From: Dehalococcoidia bacterium
Lineage (GTDB): Bacteria; Chloroflexota; Dehalococcoidia; GIF9; AB-539-J10
Assembly: GCA_030665785.1 (NCBI GenBank)
Contig: DAOUZA010000003.1
Coordinates: forward strand, 1-48,428
DNA: 48,428 nucleotides
Direction of reading: 5' to 3'
The notes below the pieces were generated by a model that saw only the letters and a program-made list of their open reading frames with translations, was not told where the DNA came from and did no database searches. The position numbers were made by a program, and so were the translations under genes. Positions 19,093 through 29,851 of the stretch are shown here, piece by piece. Positions within the stretch are counted from its first letter, which is position 1, and each line of letters begins with the position of its first letter.

Positions 19093-19121
19093 ATTTTAGC
19101 TAAATCTATATGATGTGTCAA
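19093..19121 (-). promoter_or_regulatory. sigma70-type promoter of the CetZ-like gene (probably leaderless)
   Basis: TTGACA-17 bp-TAAAAT, then 8 nt to the ATG, no SD. Confidence 0.7.
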
Positions 19122-19164
19122 TATAGTGTACACGTTCATATGATTAGTGGCACATTAGCCTCCT

Positions 19165-19326
19165 CTTTATGTCATTGCGAGGAGCGGTAGCGACGAAGCA
19201 ATCTCATGCCCCCCGGGATTGCCACGTCTTTGGCTCGCAATGACACCCTTTATGTCATTGCGAGGAGCAGTAGCGACGAAGCAATCTCATGCCCCCGGGA
19301 TTGCCACGTCTTTGGCTCGCAATGAC
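19165..19326. repeat. Two tandem copies (83-bp period) of a palindromic REP/RPE-like element
   Basis: GTCATTGCGAG...GCAATC...GATTGC...CTCGCAATGAC at 19171-19244 and 19254-19326. Confidence 0.9.
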
Positions 19327-19351
19327 GTATGGGAGTTTAAATTACCCAAGG

Positions 19352-19747
19352 TCATCGCTTGGTGTATTGTGGTGCCTTGCGGGCCCGTTTAAGCCCATAT
19401 TTCTTGCGCTCTTTAATCCTGGCATCCCGTGTAAGCAGGCCTTCCTGTCTCAATAGAGGTTTAAATAACTCGTTCTGTTTGACCAGAGCACGAGCAATGC
19501 TATGGCGAATAGCCGCAGCTTGACCACTCAAACCACCACCTTTTGTCTTTACTATAGCATCATATTTACCCATAGTTTCAGTAACCTGATAGGGAGCCTC
19601 TATCAATTGACGATATAAAAGACGAGTAAAAACCTCCTGGTAAGGTTTGCCATTGACGGTAATCTTACCATCACCCGAGAAAAGTTTAACTTGTGCAATA
19701 GCGCATTTACGCTTTCCTGTACCCCAAACATATGCTTGCTCAACCAT
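19352..19747 (-). CDS. rpsI: 30S ribosomal protein S9
   Basis: GTGKRK, GGGLSGQA, ERKKYGLKRARKAPQYTKR. Confidence 0.98.
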   Translation of the reverse strand: MVEQAYVWGTGKRKCAIAQVKLFSGDGKITVNGKPYQEVFTRLLYRQLIEAPYQVTETMGKYDAIVKTKGGGLSGQAAAIRHSIARALVKQNELFKPLLRQEGLLTRDARIKERKKYGLKRARKAPQYTKR

Positions 19748-19753
19748 TAAATT

Positions 19754-20176
19754 TCATCTCCTTGATGCAACCTGAGCATGATGAGGATGCTCACTCCCGG
19801 CATAAACCCTGAGCTTTTTAAACATGGCTCTACCCAAGCGACTTTTAGGTAGCATTCCCTTAACAGCTGCTTCCACCACCTGCGTGGGATCCCTGGAGAA
19901 CAATTCCTGGAAGGTAACCTCTTTGAGCCCACCCGGATACCCAGAATGGTGATAGTAAATTTTTTGGTTAACCTTCTTGCCGGAAACTTTCACTTTGGCA
20001 GCATTGAGCACCATAACATAGTCTCCAGTATCCAGGTGAGGCGTATAAATCGATTTATGCTTTCCCATCAATAGTTTGGCTACCTGAGATGCTAATCTAC
20101 CCAAGACTTGCCCGCTAGCATCAACTACCCGCCACTCTCTTTTAATCTCTGTGGCGCTGGGACTATAAGTCTTCAT
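19754..20176 (-). CDS. rplM: 50S ribosomal protein L13
   Basis: LGRLAS, DTGDYV, HSGYPGG, VKGMLPK. Confidence 0.98.
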   Translation of the reverse strand: MKTYSPSATEIKREWRVVDASGQVLGRLASQVAKLLMGKHKSIYTPHLDTGDYVMVLNAAKVKVSGKKVNQKIYYHHSGYPGGLKEVTFQELFSRDPTQVVEAAVKGMLPKSRLGRAMFKKLRVYAGSEHPHHAQVASRR

Positions 20177-20937
20177 TGTTGAACTCCCAAAGATTTAGAA
20201 TAATTAACTCTGTTCAAGCATAATCCACGAGCAGGAGCCCTGGGACCGGCCAAATTGGGGATCCTTGCTTCCATAATATCCTTGAAAGCGTCGAGCCCTA
20301 TTTTGCCTAACCCCAGCCTAATTAAAAGCCCGACAGTATTACGCACTTGATGAGGAAGAAATGAATCGGCTATCATCCGAAAAATAACTAAATTATCTTT
20401 CCTCCTAACTTCTGTCTTATAGACGTTACGCACTGTGTTCTTTGAATTATTCGGAAAAGTGGTAAACGATTTAAAATCATGACTGCCAAGAATAAGCTGA
20501 CATGCTTTATTCATCGGCTTCATGTCTAACGTTCTCGAGACGTGTAAAGCAAATCCTTCGCTTAATGGAGCCCGAGATTCACTATTCAGGATATAATAGT
20601 AATATTCCCTATTCAAAGCATCCTGCCTGACATTAAAATCATCACTAGCTCGGTAGGCTGCCTTGACTGCTATATCTCTAGGAAGATAATAATTTAACGC
20701 CTTTGCCATCGTTATGTTGGATAATCCTTCTTTTGCCCAAAAGCTTACTACTTGCCCTTTAGCATGCACTCCAGTATCAGTCCTGCTAGCAGCTACAGCT
20801 CGACTGCACTGACCACAAAATTTCTTGATAGCCTTCTCCAGCTCGTCTTGAATAGTGGGCAATCCAGGTTGCCATTGAAAACCACAATACTTTGCACCAT
20901 CATATTCTACAACTAAAACATATTTTGTAAGAGCCAC
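20173..20937 (-). CDS. truA: tRNA pseudouridine(38-40) synthase
   Basis: [30 protein letters not shown]. Confidence 0.95.
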   Translation of the reverse strand: MALTKYVLVVEYDGAKYCGFQWQPGLPTIQDELEKAIKKFCGQCSRAVAASRTDTGVHAKGQVVSFWAKEGLSNITMAKALNYYLPRDIAVKAAYRASDDFNVRQDALNREYYYYILNSESRAPLSEGFALHVSRTLDMKPMNKACQLILGSHDFKSFTTFPNNSKNTVRNVYKTEVRRKDNLVIFRMIADSFLPHQVRNTVGLLIRLGLGKIGLDAFKDIMEARIPNLAGPRAPARGLCLNRVNYSKSLGVQQ

Positions 20938-21290
20938 TACTTAATTAATTGGATCTGTACTAAGGGAGCGTTATCCCCGGCACGGCGTCTCAATTTAATC
21001 AACCGTGTATAGCCTCCCGCTTGGCCAGAATACATGGGAGCAATTTCATTAAAGAGCTTTTCCACCACCTTTTTATCGGTAACAAATGCTAAGGCACGAC
21101 GCCTTGAAGCAAGACTACCATCTCTCCCTAAGGTAATCATTTTCTCAGCCAAACTACGAATCTCCTTAGCTTTAGCCTCAGTAGTGGTAATCTTTTCATG
21201 AGTTAACAAGTCGGCTACTTGATTTCGATACAGTGCCCATCGATGCCCTGTTGGTCTACTTAACCTGCGTCCCGCTATTTTATGCCTCAT
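20937..21290 (-). CDS. rplQ: 50S ribosomal protein L17
   Basis: [23 protein letters not shown]. Confidence 0.98.
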   Translation of the reverse strand: MRHKIAGRRLSRPTGHRWALYRNQVADLLTHEKITTTEAKAKEIRSLAEKMITLGRDGSLASRRRALAFVTDKKVVEKLFNEIAPMYSGQAGGYTRLIKLRRRAGDNAPLVQIQLIK

Positions 21291-22234
21291 CCTCTTCTTT
21301 TCCTCTTCTTTTCCCTTTCCTTTTCCTCTACAGGAAATCCTAAACTTGCTAGCAGGGTACTCACCTCTTTTTGAGATTTCGCCCCTAACCCAGGTAGTGG
21401 TGGTAAGCCCTCTCTATTCTTCTCTATAAGTTGCCCTAGAGTCAAAATTCCAGCCCTGGCTAAACTATTGCAACTACGGGTAGACAACCCTAGTTTCCCT
21501 ATCGAGACATCAAACTCAACGCTAGGTGGCAAACCAGCAACCGGTTCGGCTTCTCTTTCCTCTAGGGGAATGAGCTCCTTGAACGGAGAAAACTGGTCGA
21601 TTAAGATAGCCCCAGCCTGGCTCACTGCCTCGCTTGGAGATATAGTACCGTCAGTCCAAACCTCTAAAATAAGCCTTTCAGGACTTCCCTCTCTACCAGG
21701 GTTAATAGTCTCATCTGAAAAATTGACCTTGTACACTGGTGTGAATATAGAATCTACAGACAATGCTCCTACAGGTAAGTTCTTGGCGGATCCCGCTGGT
21801 GAATACCCTCGGCCTAACTCTATATTAAATTCTACGCGAAGCTTAGCTTCAGGGGAATCTAGAGTAGCCAAATAGAGCTCAGGATTAGCAATCTGAAAAT
21901 CTGCTGACGGTTCAATATTACCAGCATAAACTTTCCCTTCTCCTGCTGCATCTAAAAGCAGCTCACCTAGTTGGTGGGATAGAGGACGAAATCTTATTTG
22001 TTTGACGTTTAACAGAAATTCAACGACATCCTCCTTGATATGAGGGAGTGGTGAAAATTCATGCTGAACCCCGTCAATCTTAACCCAGGTTATTGCAGCC
22101 CCAGGCAAGGAGCTGAGGAGCACACGACGAAGGGCATTGCCTAAAGTGATGCCATATCCCGGCTCTAACGGCTCAGCAAGAAATTTGCCATAATTGTTTA
22201 CCGCCTCAATACATTTAGCGCTGGGAATAGGCAA
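21287..22234 (-). CDS. rpoA: RNA polymerase alpha subunit
   Basis: [34 protein letters not shown], alpha-CTD; start placed at TTG 22234 just after the rpsD stop (track start 22300 overlaps rpsD). Confidence 0.95.
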   Translation of the reverse strand: MPIPSAKCIEAVNNYGKFLAEPLEPGYGITLGNALRRVLLSSLPGAAITWVKIDGVQHEFSPLPHIKEDVVEFLLNVKQIRFRPLSHQLGELLLDAAGEGKVYAGNIEPSADFQIANPELYLATLDSPEAKLRVEFNIELGRGYSPAGSAKNLPVGALSVDSIFTPVYKVNFSDETINPGREGSPERLILEVWTDGTISPSEAVSQAGAILIDQFSPFKELIPLEEREAEPVAGLPPSVEFDVSIGKLGLSTRSCNSLARAGILTLGQLIEKNREGLPPLPGLGAKSQKEVSTLLASLGFPVEEKEREKKRKRRG

Positions 22235-22244
22235 CTTAATTGAA

Positions 22245-22877
22245 TTATCTTGAGTAGTATTCAACGACAACTTTTCCATCAAATTTAGCATCAAGATCAT
22301 CCTTAGTAGGTAATGTTAAAACTTTGCCTACCACATTTTCTTCATCTAAGCTTAGCCAACCAGGAATAGTCTTCCCCTTGATCTCCCCGGATAGCTGTTT
22401 ATAATATCCAGTTTTAGTGCTGCTTTCTCGCCATGCAATGACATCGTCTGGCCGCACTAGATAGGTTGGTATATCCAGCTTACGCCCATTAACAAGTATG
22501 TGACCATGCCGAACTATTTGCCTGGCTTGGGCACGTGAACTAGCAAAACCTAAGCGATAAACCACATTATCTAACCGCCTTTCCAGCAATATTAGCAGAT
22601 TTTCTCCGGTAATGCCTCGAGCTCTCTGAGCTTCTTGGAAAAACTTGCGAAATTGCCGCTCAAAGATTCCATAACTAAAGCGAACTTTCTGTTTCTCACG
22701 CAGTTGAAGCCCACGTTCTGTAACTCTACGGCGTCGCCTGCTCAAGGAATGTTCCCCTGGAGAGCTGTTCTTTTTCTCCAAAGGGCACTTTGGAGTAAAA
22801 CATTTCTCCCCTTTAAGCATTAATTTCTCACCAAGATAACGGCACAAACGACATGTAGGTCCTGTATAACGTGCCAT
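22245..22877 (-). CDS. rpsD: 30S ribosomal protein S4
   Basis: [39 protein letters not shown]. Confidence 0.98.
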   Translation of the reverse strand: MARYTGPTCRLCRYLGEKLMLKGEKCFTPKCPLEKKNSSPGEHSLSRRRRRVTERGLQLREKQKVRFSYGIFERQFRKFFQEAQRARGITGENLLILLERRLDNVVYRLGFASSRAQARQIVRHGHILVNGRKLDIPTYLVRPDDVIAWRESSTKTGYYKQLSGEIKGKTIPGWLSLDEENVVGKVLTLPTKDDLDAKFDGKVVVEYYSR

Positions 22878-22878
22878 T

Positions 22879-23271
22879 CTATACCTTTCTCTTTTTAGGT
22901 GGACGACAACCATTGTGTGGAATCGGGGTTACATCCCTAATGCTAGTAACGCTAAGCCCCGAAGCCTGTAATGTGCGAATAGCTGCCTCTCGTCCACTAC
23001 CAGGTCCTTTAATGTAAACCTCAACCTGTCGCAAACCATCACTTATTGCTTGCCGCGCTGCTTTCTGTGCAGCTAACTGAGCAGCATAAGGAGTGCCCTT
23101 TCTGGAACCCTTAAATCCAGCACTACCCGCGCTTCCCCAAGCAATAACATCACCTTTCAAATCAGTCACAGTGACTATAGTGTTATTGAAGGTAGACTGA
23201 ATATAAACTCTTCCCTCACTGATTCCACGATGTGTTCTTCTTCTTGCTTTGGTCTTTTTTCTCTTTGGCAT
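22879..23271 (-). CDS. rpsK: 30S ribosomal protein S11
   Basis: [31 protein letters not shown]. Confidence 0.98.
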   Translation of the reverse strand: MPKRKKTKARRRTHRGISEGRVYIQSTFNNTIVTVTDLKGDVIAWGSAGSAGFKGSRKGTPYAAQLAAQKAARQAISDGLRQVEVYIKGPGSGREAAIRTLQASGLSVTSIRDVTPIPHNGCRPPKKRKV

Positions 23272-23272
23272 T

Positions 23273-23662
23273 TTATTTCTTGCTTAAACCGCGCTTTTGC
23301 CCTCTACCGGCCACCGTCTTTCGTGAACCCCTCTTAGTGCGGGCATTAGTGCGTGTCCTTTGTCCACGAACTGGCAAATTCATACGATGTCTAATACCGC
23401 GCAAAGAGCCAATTTCAATTAATTGCTTTATGTTAGACTGTGTTTCCCTTCGGAGTTCACCTTCCACCTTGCATTTCTTATCCACGATGTCTCGAATTTG
23501 AACAACCTGCTCTTCGGTAAGATCTTTGACTTTAATACCGGGGTTAATCTCAGCAACAGCCAAGATATGCTGGCTTAATGTGGGCCCAATACCATAAATA
23601 TATCGTAGCCCTATACTAACCGGTTTTTCTTTAGGAAGATCCACACCAGCAACGCGCGCCAT
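23273..23662 (-). CDS. rpsM: 30S ribosomal protein S13
   Basis: [28 protein letters not shown]. Confidence 0.98.
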   Translation of the reverse strand: MARVAGVDLPKEKPVSIGLRYIYGIGPTLSQHILAVAEINPGIKVKDLTEEQVVQIRDIVDKKCKVEGELRRETQSNIKQLIEIGSLRGIRHRMNLPVRGQRTRTNARTKRGSRKTVAGRGQKRGLSKK

Positions 23663-23672
23663 TAGTTATCCA

Positions 23673-23786
23673 CTAACCTTGCCTTTGGTTATGCCTTGGG
23701 TTCACACAAATAACCCTAACTCTGCCCTTACGCCGAACAATTTTACATTTGCTACAACGAGGCTTAACTGAAGAACTTACTTTCAT
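23673..23786 (-). CDS. rpmJ: 50S ribosomal protein L36 (Zn-ribbon type); not in ORF track
   Basis: Manual translation [37 protein letters not shown]. Confidence 0.97.
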   Translation of the reverse strand: MKVSSSVKPRCSKCKIVRRKGRVRVICVNPRHNQRQG

Positions 23787-23813
23787 CTCAAATTCATATC
23801 AAAACAAAACTTT

Positions 23814-23842
23814 ATTATAAGAGAACATTGAATGCTTGTCAA
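23814..23842 (-). promoter_or_regulatory. Perfect-consensus sigma70 promoter for the rpmJ-alpha operon
   Basis: TTGACA-17 bp-TATAAT on the minus strand between infA and rpmJ. Confidence 0.85.
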
Positions 23843-23857
23843 AAACACACGAAAATC

Positions 23858-24076
23858 TCATCCAAGTCGATAAGTAACTCTACCCCTGGTTAAATCATAA
23901 GGAGAAAGTTCTACTAGTACCCTGTCCCCGGGTAATATCTTAATATAATGCTTTCTCATCCTGCCTGAAATATGAGCTAAAACCATATGACTATTAGCTA
24001 GTTCGACACGAAACATGGTATTAGGCAAGCATGCAATTACCTTGCCTTCGACCTCTATTCTTTCCTTTTTAGCCAT
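23858..24076 (-). CDS. infA: Translation initiation factor IF-1
   Basis: [11 protein letters not shown]...[10 protein letters not shown]...[19 protein letters not shown]. Confidence 0.98.
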   Translation of the reverse strand: MAKKERIEVEGKVIACLPNTMFRVELANSHMVLAHISGRMRKHYIKILPGDRVLVELSPYDLTRGRVTYRLG

Positions 24077-24815
24077 ACTTAGTGAGTATTTCACCCCCGC
24101 TATTACTGATAGCAACAGTATGTTCGAAATGCGCCGAGAGACTCCCATCAGCAGTTAGCACCGTCCATCGATTGGGTGCCAGCTTAGTATGCCAATCCCC
24201 TGCATTGACCATGGGTTCAATAGCCAAAGTCATGCCTTTGCGAAGTAAAGTACCTTTTCCGAAAGCAAAATTAGGTATTTGAGGTTCTTCGTGTAATTTT
24301 CGACCTACCCCGTGTCCGGTATACTCCCTAACTACAGAGAACCCCTTGGACTCAACATAATTCTGTATAGCAGCTGAAATATCGCCAATATGTGCACCAG
24401 GCTTAGCTTGGGCAATGCCTAGTTCCAAACTTTTCTTGGTAACCATTATGAGCTCCTTAGCTTGCGGGGTTATTTCCCCTACACCAACGGTTATAGCTGA
24501 ATCAGAATGAAAGCCTTCAAAAATGAGCCCTGCATCTAGTGAAACAATATCTCCCTCCTTTAATACTCGTTTATCAGGAATACCATGAACTACTTCATTG
24601 TTCACTGAAACACATAAATTAGCCGGGAAATTTTGATAACCCTTGAAGGAAGATTTAACTTTCCTTACCTTCAACTCTTCAGCCATAATCTCATCCAAGT
24701 AGCACGTTTTGATTCCTGACCTTATTTCCTTTTCTAACCTGCTCAAAATAGCTGCTAAGATTTTACCACTTTGACGCATAATAGCTATTTCTTCAGGGGA
24801 TTTTATAATTATCAC
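24069..24815 (-). CDS. map: Type I methionine aminopeptidase
   Basis: [36 protein letters not shown]. Confidence 0.97.
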   Translation of the reverse strand: MIIIKSPEEIAIMRQSGKILAAILSRLEKEIRSGIKTCYLDEIMAEELKVRKVKSSFKGYQNFPANLCVSVNNEVVHGIPDKRVLKEGDIVSLDAGLIFEGFHSDSAITVGVGEITPQAKELIMVTKKSLELGIAQAKPGAHIGDISAAIQNYVESKGFSVVREYTGHGVGRKLHEEPQIPNFAFGKGTLLRKGMTLAIEPMVNAGDWHTKLAPNRWTVLTADGSLSAHFEHTVAISNSGGEILTKYG

Positions 24816-24827
24816 TTGAAAATCACT

Positions 24828-25475
24828 TTACTTTGCTTTCAATAACAGCATTATTTCCTTAGCCACCTCTTGTATTCCCTGGTTACCATTCACCTCAATA
24901 AGCTTGCTTTGACCCCTATAATAATCGACTATCGGGATAGTCTGTGCAAGGAAGACTCTTAATCGTTCTTTCACCGTCTCCTCTTTGTCATCCTCTCTCT
25001 GATATAGCTCACCACCACACTTATCACATTTTCCAGGTACTTTTGGTGGCGCGGTTATTAAATGATATGGAGTCTGACAATTTCGGCAAAGCCATCGCCC
25101 CCCGAGACGTTTCAAAAGCTCCTCATCAGAAACCTTAATGTATATCACCTTATCAATACTCTTACCTTTATCAGCGAGACCCTTATCTAGTGCTTCGGCT
25201 TGTGCCAATGTTCGTGGAAAACCATCAAAAAGACAGCCAGAAGCGCAATCGGGCATCTCAATCCTGTGCAAAATCATTTTAATAGTTACCTCATCAGGCA
25301 CTAATTCCCCTCGCTCCATATAAGATTTAGCTAATAAGCCCAATTCAGTTTCCTTCCTCAATGCCTCTCGAAACAAATCGCCTGAAGCTATATGCGGTAA
25401 ATTTAATTCACTGGATAGGTTATCTGCTTGTGTTCCCTTGCCAGCACCTGGAGCACCCAGGAGAATAATATACAT
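24828..25475 (-). CDS. adk: Adenylate kinase (Zn-lid type)
   Basis: GAPGAGKGTQ, DGFPRT, CRNC...CDKC, QREDD. Confidence 0.97.
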   Translation of the reverse strand: MYIILLGAPGAGKGTQADNLSSELNLPHIASGDLFREALRKETELGLLAKSYMERGELVPDEVTIKMILHRIEMPDCASGCLFDGFPRTLAQAEALDKGLADKGKSIDKVIYIKVSDEELLKRLGGRWLCRNCQTPYHLITAPPKVPGKCDKCGGELYQREDDKEETVKERLRVFLAQTIPIVDYYRGQSKLIEVNGNQGIQEVAKEIMLLLKAK

Positions 25476-25488
25476 ACTTAATCCCTCA

Positions 25489-26802
25489 CTATTTCAAAAA
25501 GCCTTCATATCGCCGCATAGTTAATTGAGCTTCTACCTGCTTCATAGTATCTAAAGCAACGCCAACAACTATGAGCAGTGCCATGCTGGAAACTGTTATC
25601 GTTGCAACGTTAGTAATTTCTTTGCCAATGAAAGGCATAATTGCTACTAAAGCCAGAGAGAGGGCACCGCCAAATGTAATAAGACGGATAATACGGTCTA
25701 AATAATCAGCAGTTGCCTTTCCGGGACGAATTCCAGGGATGAAACCTCCCTGTTCTTGCAATCTCTTAGCTAAGCCCATTTGCTCGAATATTATCATGGT
25801 GTAAAAGAAAGTAAAGCCCATTACTAATAGAAAGTATGCTCCCCAGTAAATTAATCCCAAAGGGAGGGCGGCGCCAGGGTCAAAAGCATGCATCATTGTG
25901 TTCGCAAAATTCGGGGATGACGGGTTAGCAAAATAGCTAGCAATTGTTGCTGGAAGTGTCACTACAGCAATAGCAAAAATAAGAGGAATCATCCCAGCGG
26001 TATTTACCCGAAGTGGGATATAAGTTGAACCTGATTGTCGATACATGCGCCCACTGCGAAAAGTGGTGCGGGCATACTGTACAGGGATACGACGATGCGC
26101 CTCAATAAATGCGACTATAAACACTAAAGTGGCTAAAGCAAGGATAATAAAAGCAGCCACCCCCATAGGGTTATCAGAAGCAGCTAGGATGCTTTGTCCC
26201 AGCATCTCTGGCAATCCAGCTATGATACCAGCAAAGATTATTAGTGATATCCCATTTCCAATGCCTCTTTCAGTAATCAATTCACCTAACCAGACAAGAA
26301 ACATAGTGCCAGCAGTCATTGATATTATTACAGTCACAAGGGTTAGCGGGTCAAGCTCTATCACAATACCTTGTCCCCGCAGCATGGCCAGCATGCCATA
26401 ACCTTGCAAAGCCGCCAGAGGTATTGTCAGGAGGTGGGTAATGCGGTTAATTTTGTGTTGCCCAATTTCACCTTGCCGAGATAGAGCCTGAAGGTTAGGA
26501 ATGACCGGGACTAATAACTGCATAATTATCGAGGCGGTGATGTAGGGATAGACTCCCATAGCAACAATGCTGAACCTCCTCATAGCACCACCGCTAAAGA
26601 GGTCCAGCATACCAAAAAGTTGGTTTTGCTCGAAAAGTTGACTCAGGGCTGCAAGGTCTATGCCAGGCAAGGGGACATGAGCTATAAATCGAAAAGCTAC
26701 TAAAATGCCCAGGGTAAAAAGGAGCTTTTGTCTCAAGTCCGGCAACATAAACATGTCCTTCATTGCCTGGATGAGACGTGATTGAGTTTCCCTACGCTGC
26801 AT
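25489..26802 (-). CDS. secY: Preprotein translocase SecY
   Basis: FSGGA, PYITASII, GIGNGISL, IPGIRPG, YEGF. Confidence 0.98.
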   Translation of the reverse strand: MQRRETQSRLIQAMKDMFMLPDLRQKLLFTLGILVAFRFIAHVPLPGIDLAALSQLFEQNQLFGMLDLFSGGAMRRFSIVAMGVYPYITASIIMQLLVPVIPNLQALSRQGEIGQHKINRITHLLTIPLAALQGYGMLAMLRGQGIVIELDPLTLVTVIISMTAGTMFLVWLGELITERGIGNGISLIIFAGIIAGLPEMLGQSILAASDNPMGVAAFIILALATLVFIVAFIEAHRRIPVQYARTTFRSGRMYRQSGSTYIPLRVNTAGMIPLIFAIAVVTLPATIASYFANPSSPNFANTMMHAFDPGAALPLGLIYWGAYFLLVMGFTFFYTMIIFEQMGLAKRLQEQGGFIPGIRPGKATADYLDRIIRLITFGGALSLALVAIMPFIGKEITNVATITVSSMALLIVVGVALDTMKQVEAQLTMRRYEGFLK

Positions 26803-27246
26803 TTAAATCTCTTCTACCTTGCCACCGGCAGATAATATCTTCTTTCGCGCAGCAGTAGACAGTTTGTCAGTTTTCACAGACAACGAGTAATGGACGTCAC
26901 CAGTACCCAAAATCTTGACAGGATTCTTTAATGACTCAATTAACCCTGCTTCGAAGAGCTTCTCTCTGGTTACCTCGGTATTAGGAGGAAATATGCTAAG
27001 CTTGCCTACATTCACAATACTATATTTCTTTTTAAAGGCATTAGTAAAACCTCTTTTCCCAGGTAATCGCTTTATAAGAGGCAATTGCCCACCTTCAAAG
27101 CCAAGACGTACCTTACCTCCAGAGCGCGATTTTTGTCCCTTGCACCCCCTTCCCGAATAGGTGCCATGCCCACTACTGTTCCCTCTCCCAACACGCTTCT
27201 TCTTGTGCCTAGCACCTACAGGGGGTCTTAATTCATCCTGTCTCAT
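26803..27246 (-). CDS. rplO: 50S ribosomal protein L15
   Basis: RVGRG, KGQKSRSG, GFEGGQLPL, KILGTG. Confidence 0.97.
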   Translation of the reverse strand: MRQDELRPPVGARHKKKRVGRGNSSGHGTYSGRGCKGQKSRSGGKVRLGFEGGQLPLIKRLPGKRGFTNAFKKKYSIVNVGKLSIFPPNTEVTREKLFEAGLIESLKNPVKILGTGDVHYSLSVKTDKLSTAARKKILSAGGKVEEI

Positions 27247-27751
27247 CTTGCTTGTCCTTCATAGCCATTTCTGGCTTCCTCAAGTTTGCTAAGGCAAGTA
27301 TTGTTGCCTTAGCTATATTAACTCGATTAGAACTACCCAGGGATTTGCTAAGGATGTCCTTTATCCCTGCCAATTCAAGTACTGCCTTAACCGTGTTGCT
27401 AGCAATCAAGCCTGCCCCAGGTGCTGCTGGCTTGAGTAAAATCTTAGAGGCACCGAACTTGGCTAAAACTTCGTGGGGAATGGTATTATCCGCGAGTGGA
27501 ACTTCAATCAATTCCTTTTGTGCTGTTGTGCTAGCTTTGCGAATCGCTTCGGGAACACCAGTGGCTTTACTTAACCCTACTCCAACATGCCCGTTGTTAT
27601 CACCAACTACCATTAGAGCTCTGAAACGAAGACGCCGACCACCTTTAACTACCTTGCTTATACGGTCAATAGCTAGGAGCTTCTCATTAATCTCTAACCC
27701 TGAAGGGTCAATTTTAGCTTTTAGACCAATTACTTTAGTAACTGCTTTCAT
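27233..27751 (-). CDS. rpsE: 30S ribosomal protein S5
   Basis: KVVKGGR, VVGD..GHVG, AGIKDIL.KSLGS. Confidence 0.97.
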   Translation of the reverse strand: MKAVTKVIGLKAKIDPSGLEINEKLLAIDRISKVVKGGRRLRFRALMVVGDNNGHVGVGLSKATGVPEAIRKASTTAQKELIEVPLADNTIPHEVLAKFGASKILLKPAAPGAGLIASNTVKAVLELAGIKDILSKSLGSSNRVNIAKATILALANLRKPEMAMKDKQDETG

Positions 27752-27762
27752 TCTTAGTAACC

Positions 27763-28128
27763 TTAAATTTTCAATCCTGCTTGCCTGGCAGCTTCACCTA
27801 AAGCTTTCACTCGCCCATGATATTTGTATCCACCTCTATCGAAAACTACCTGCCTAATATCTTTGTCTATTGCTTTTTGAGCAACCAATGAACCTACAAA
27901 CTCAGCTCTCCTTATTTTTGCCTCCTGTCCAAGTTTCTCCCTTGCAATAGGTTCAAGAGTACTTGCCGAAGCCAATGTCTTTCCTGAAGAATCATCTATG
28001 ATTTGCGCATATATATGATTCAAACTTCGGAAAACGGATAATCTAGGGCAAGATGCTGTACCTGATATTTTCCTCCTTACTCGCTTATGCCGTTCTCGCC
28101 GAAGCGCTCTTGAATTTGTTTTAAGCAT
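27763..28128 (-). CDS. rplR: 50S ribosomal protein L18
   Basis: [22 protein letters not shown]. Confidence 0.98.
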   Translation of the reverse strand: MLKTNSRALRRERHKRVRRKISGTASCPRLSVFRSLNHIYAQIIDDSSGKTLASASTLEPIAREKLGQEAKIRRAEFVGSLVAQKAIDKDIRQVVFDRGGYKYHGRVKALGEAARQAGLKI

Positions 28129-28136
28129 TATATTTA

Positions 28137-28688
28137 CTATCCTCCGGCTACTGCCTTACCAGCTTTGCCGGGCTTGAGCCGAATTTGCTCCCCACCATAT
28201 CTAATCCCCTTTCCTTTATAGCAATCTGCAGGGCGTATAGCTCTGATTTCAGCAGCTACTCTCCCCACAACTTGCTTATCAATACCCTTAATGTAAATAC
28301 GGTTTGTTCCCTCAATGGAAATGGAAACATTGGAGGGAATTTGGTACTCTACAGGATGACTATACCCGATTTGAAATGATAATTTATCACCTTTTTCCTG
28401 CACCCTGTAACCCACTCCCTTTATCTCTAGAACTTTCTCAAAACCTTTACTAACTCCTTCAACCATATTAGCAAGTAAACTACGAGTAAGCCCATGTAAA
28501 GAGCGGTGCATTTTATCGTCCCTCCTCCGGGACACTACTATATTCCCTTCCTCTAATTTAATAGACATGTCTGGGTGAAAACAACGATAAATTTCTCCCT
28601 TGCTCCCTTTTACCGTCACCTTATTCCCTTCAATATTCACCTGTGCATCTTCAGGCACCGGGATAGGAAATAATCCAATGCGAGACAT
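28137..28688 (-). CDS. rplF: 50S ribosomal protein L6
   Basis: [23 protein letters not shown]. Confidence 0.97.
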   Translation of the reverse strand: MSRIGLFPIPVPEDAQVNIEGNKVTVKGSKGEIYRCFHPDMSIKLEEGNIVVSRRRDDKMHRSLHGLTRSLLANMVEGVSKGFEKVLEIKGVGYRVQEKGDKLSFQIGYSHPVEYQIPSNVSISIEGTNRIYIKGIDKQVVGRVAAEIRAIRPADCYKGKGIRYGGEQIRLKPGKAGKAVAGG

Positions 28689-28705
28689 ATTACTTAACCT
28701 CCAGA

Positions 28706-29104
28706 CTACCACACATAAAGTAAAAGCTCACCCCCGAGACCAAGCTGCCATGCTTTCTGACCGGTCATAATGCCTTTAGAGGTAGACAAAATAGCAATAC
28801 CCAGTCCTCCGTAAACACGAGGAATTTCCCCCTTACCAACGTAGACTCTCAAGCCAGGTTTGCTAACCTTTTCCAATCCCAGCAGTGCTGGTTGTTCCTC
28901 TATATACTTGAGATATACTTTTATCGTTGACTGTGGCTTACCTTTAATTACTTCATAATCCTGAATAAACCCCTCGTTTTTAAAAATTTTAGCTATGGAT
29001 AATTTTATTTTAGAGGAGGGTATGAGGGCATTATCATGCCTCACCATGATGGCGTTACGGATTCGAGTCAACATATCAGCGATTGGGTCAGTGCCTACCA
29101 TCAT
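28706..29104 (-). CDS. rpsH: 30S ribosomal protein S8
   Basis: [26 protein letters not shown]. Confidence 0.98.
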   Translation of the reverse strand: MMVGTDPIADMLTRIRNAIMVRHDNALIPSSKIKLSIAKIFKNEGFIQDYEVIKGKPQSTIKVYLKYIEEQPALLGLEKVSKPGLRVYVGKGEIPRVYGGLGIAILSTSKGIMTGQKAWQLGLGGELLLYVW

Positions 29105-29114
29105 AATATAATCC

Positions 29115-29300
29115 TCACCAACTCGACTTTCTCACTCCAGGAATCTGCCCAGTTGCGGCAAGCTCCCGAAAACAGATGCGGCACAAGCCAAATTTGCGCA
29201 TATAAGCACGCGGGCGTCCACATAATTTGCAACGATTACGTTGCTGAACCCTGTATTTCGGGGAGCGCTTTGACTTTACGATCTTAGCTACCTTAGCCAT
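29115..29300 (-). CDS. rpsZ: 30S ribosomal protein S14, Zn-binding short type
   Basis: 61 aa, RCKLCGRPR...LCRICFR...KSSW. Confidence 0.97.
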   Translation of the reverse strand: MAKVAKIVKSKRSPKYRVQQRNRCKLCGRPRAYMRKFGLCRICFRELAATGQIPGVRKSSW

Positions 29301-29844
29301 TGCTTTTACCCTTAAAAGGCATGCCCAAGAATTCTAATAGGCTCATTGATTCTTCGCTAGTCTTGGCAGTAGTCACTATAGTTACCTGGAGTCCACGAAT
29401 CTTATCTACCTTATCATATTCAATCTCGGGAAAAACTATTTGCTCCCGCATACCTAAATTATAATTGCCATGACTATCAAAAGAGGTTCTCAATACCCCT
29501 TGAAAATCACGAAAACGTGGCAAGGTTATATTAATTAATTTATCCAGAAAATCGTACATTCGTATGCCACGCAGTGTGACCATCATCCCAATAGGCATGC
29601 CGGTTCTCAACTTAAATGAGGCGATAGATTTCTTTGCCTGTGTAAGTACAGGCTTTTGCCCCGCGATTGTTGTTAAATCCTTTTCAGCCGATTCAAGTGC
29701 CTTGGGATTTTGTATCGCTTCTCCCAAACCGATGCTCAAAACAATTTTCTCTAACCTAGGCACTTGCATTATGTTGTCGTAACTAAATTTCTCTTTAAGC
29801 CGAGGAACCACTTCTTTTAGGTATTTCTCCTTTAGTCGAGCCAT
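29293..29844 (-). CDS. rplE: 50S ribosomal protein L5
   Basis: GQKP, VTLRG..MY.FL, PRFRDF.G, FPEI. Confidence 0.98.
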   Translation of the reverse strand: MARLKEKYLKEVVPRLKEKFSYDNIMQVPRLEKIVLSIGLGEAIQNPKALESAEKDLTTIAGQKPVLTQAKKSIASFKLRTGMPIGMMVTLRGIRMYDFLDKLINITLPRFRDFQGVLRTSFDSHGNYNLGMREQIVFPEIEYDKVDKIRGLQVTIVTTAKTSEESMSLLEFLGMPFKGKSNG

Positions 29845-29851
29845 GCTAGTA

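Noticed and set aside
19165-19326. Possible CRISPR array
   Set aside because: Only two ~83-bp units, near-identical throughout with no variable spacers, and no cas genes
14867-19350. tRNA-Ile-anchored genomic island carrying the repeat proteins and CetZ
   Set aside because: No duplicated tRNA-Ile 3' end and no integrase seen by eye
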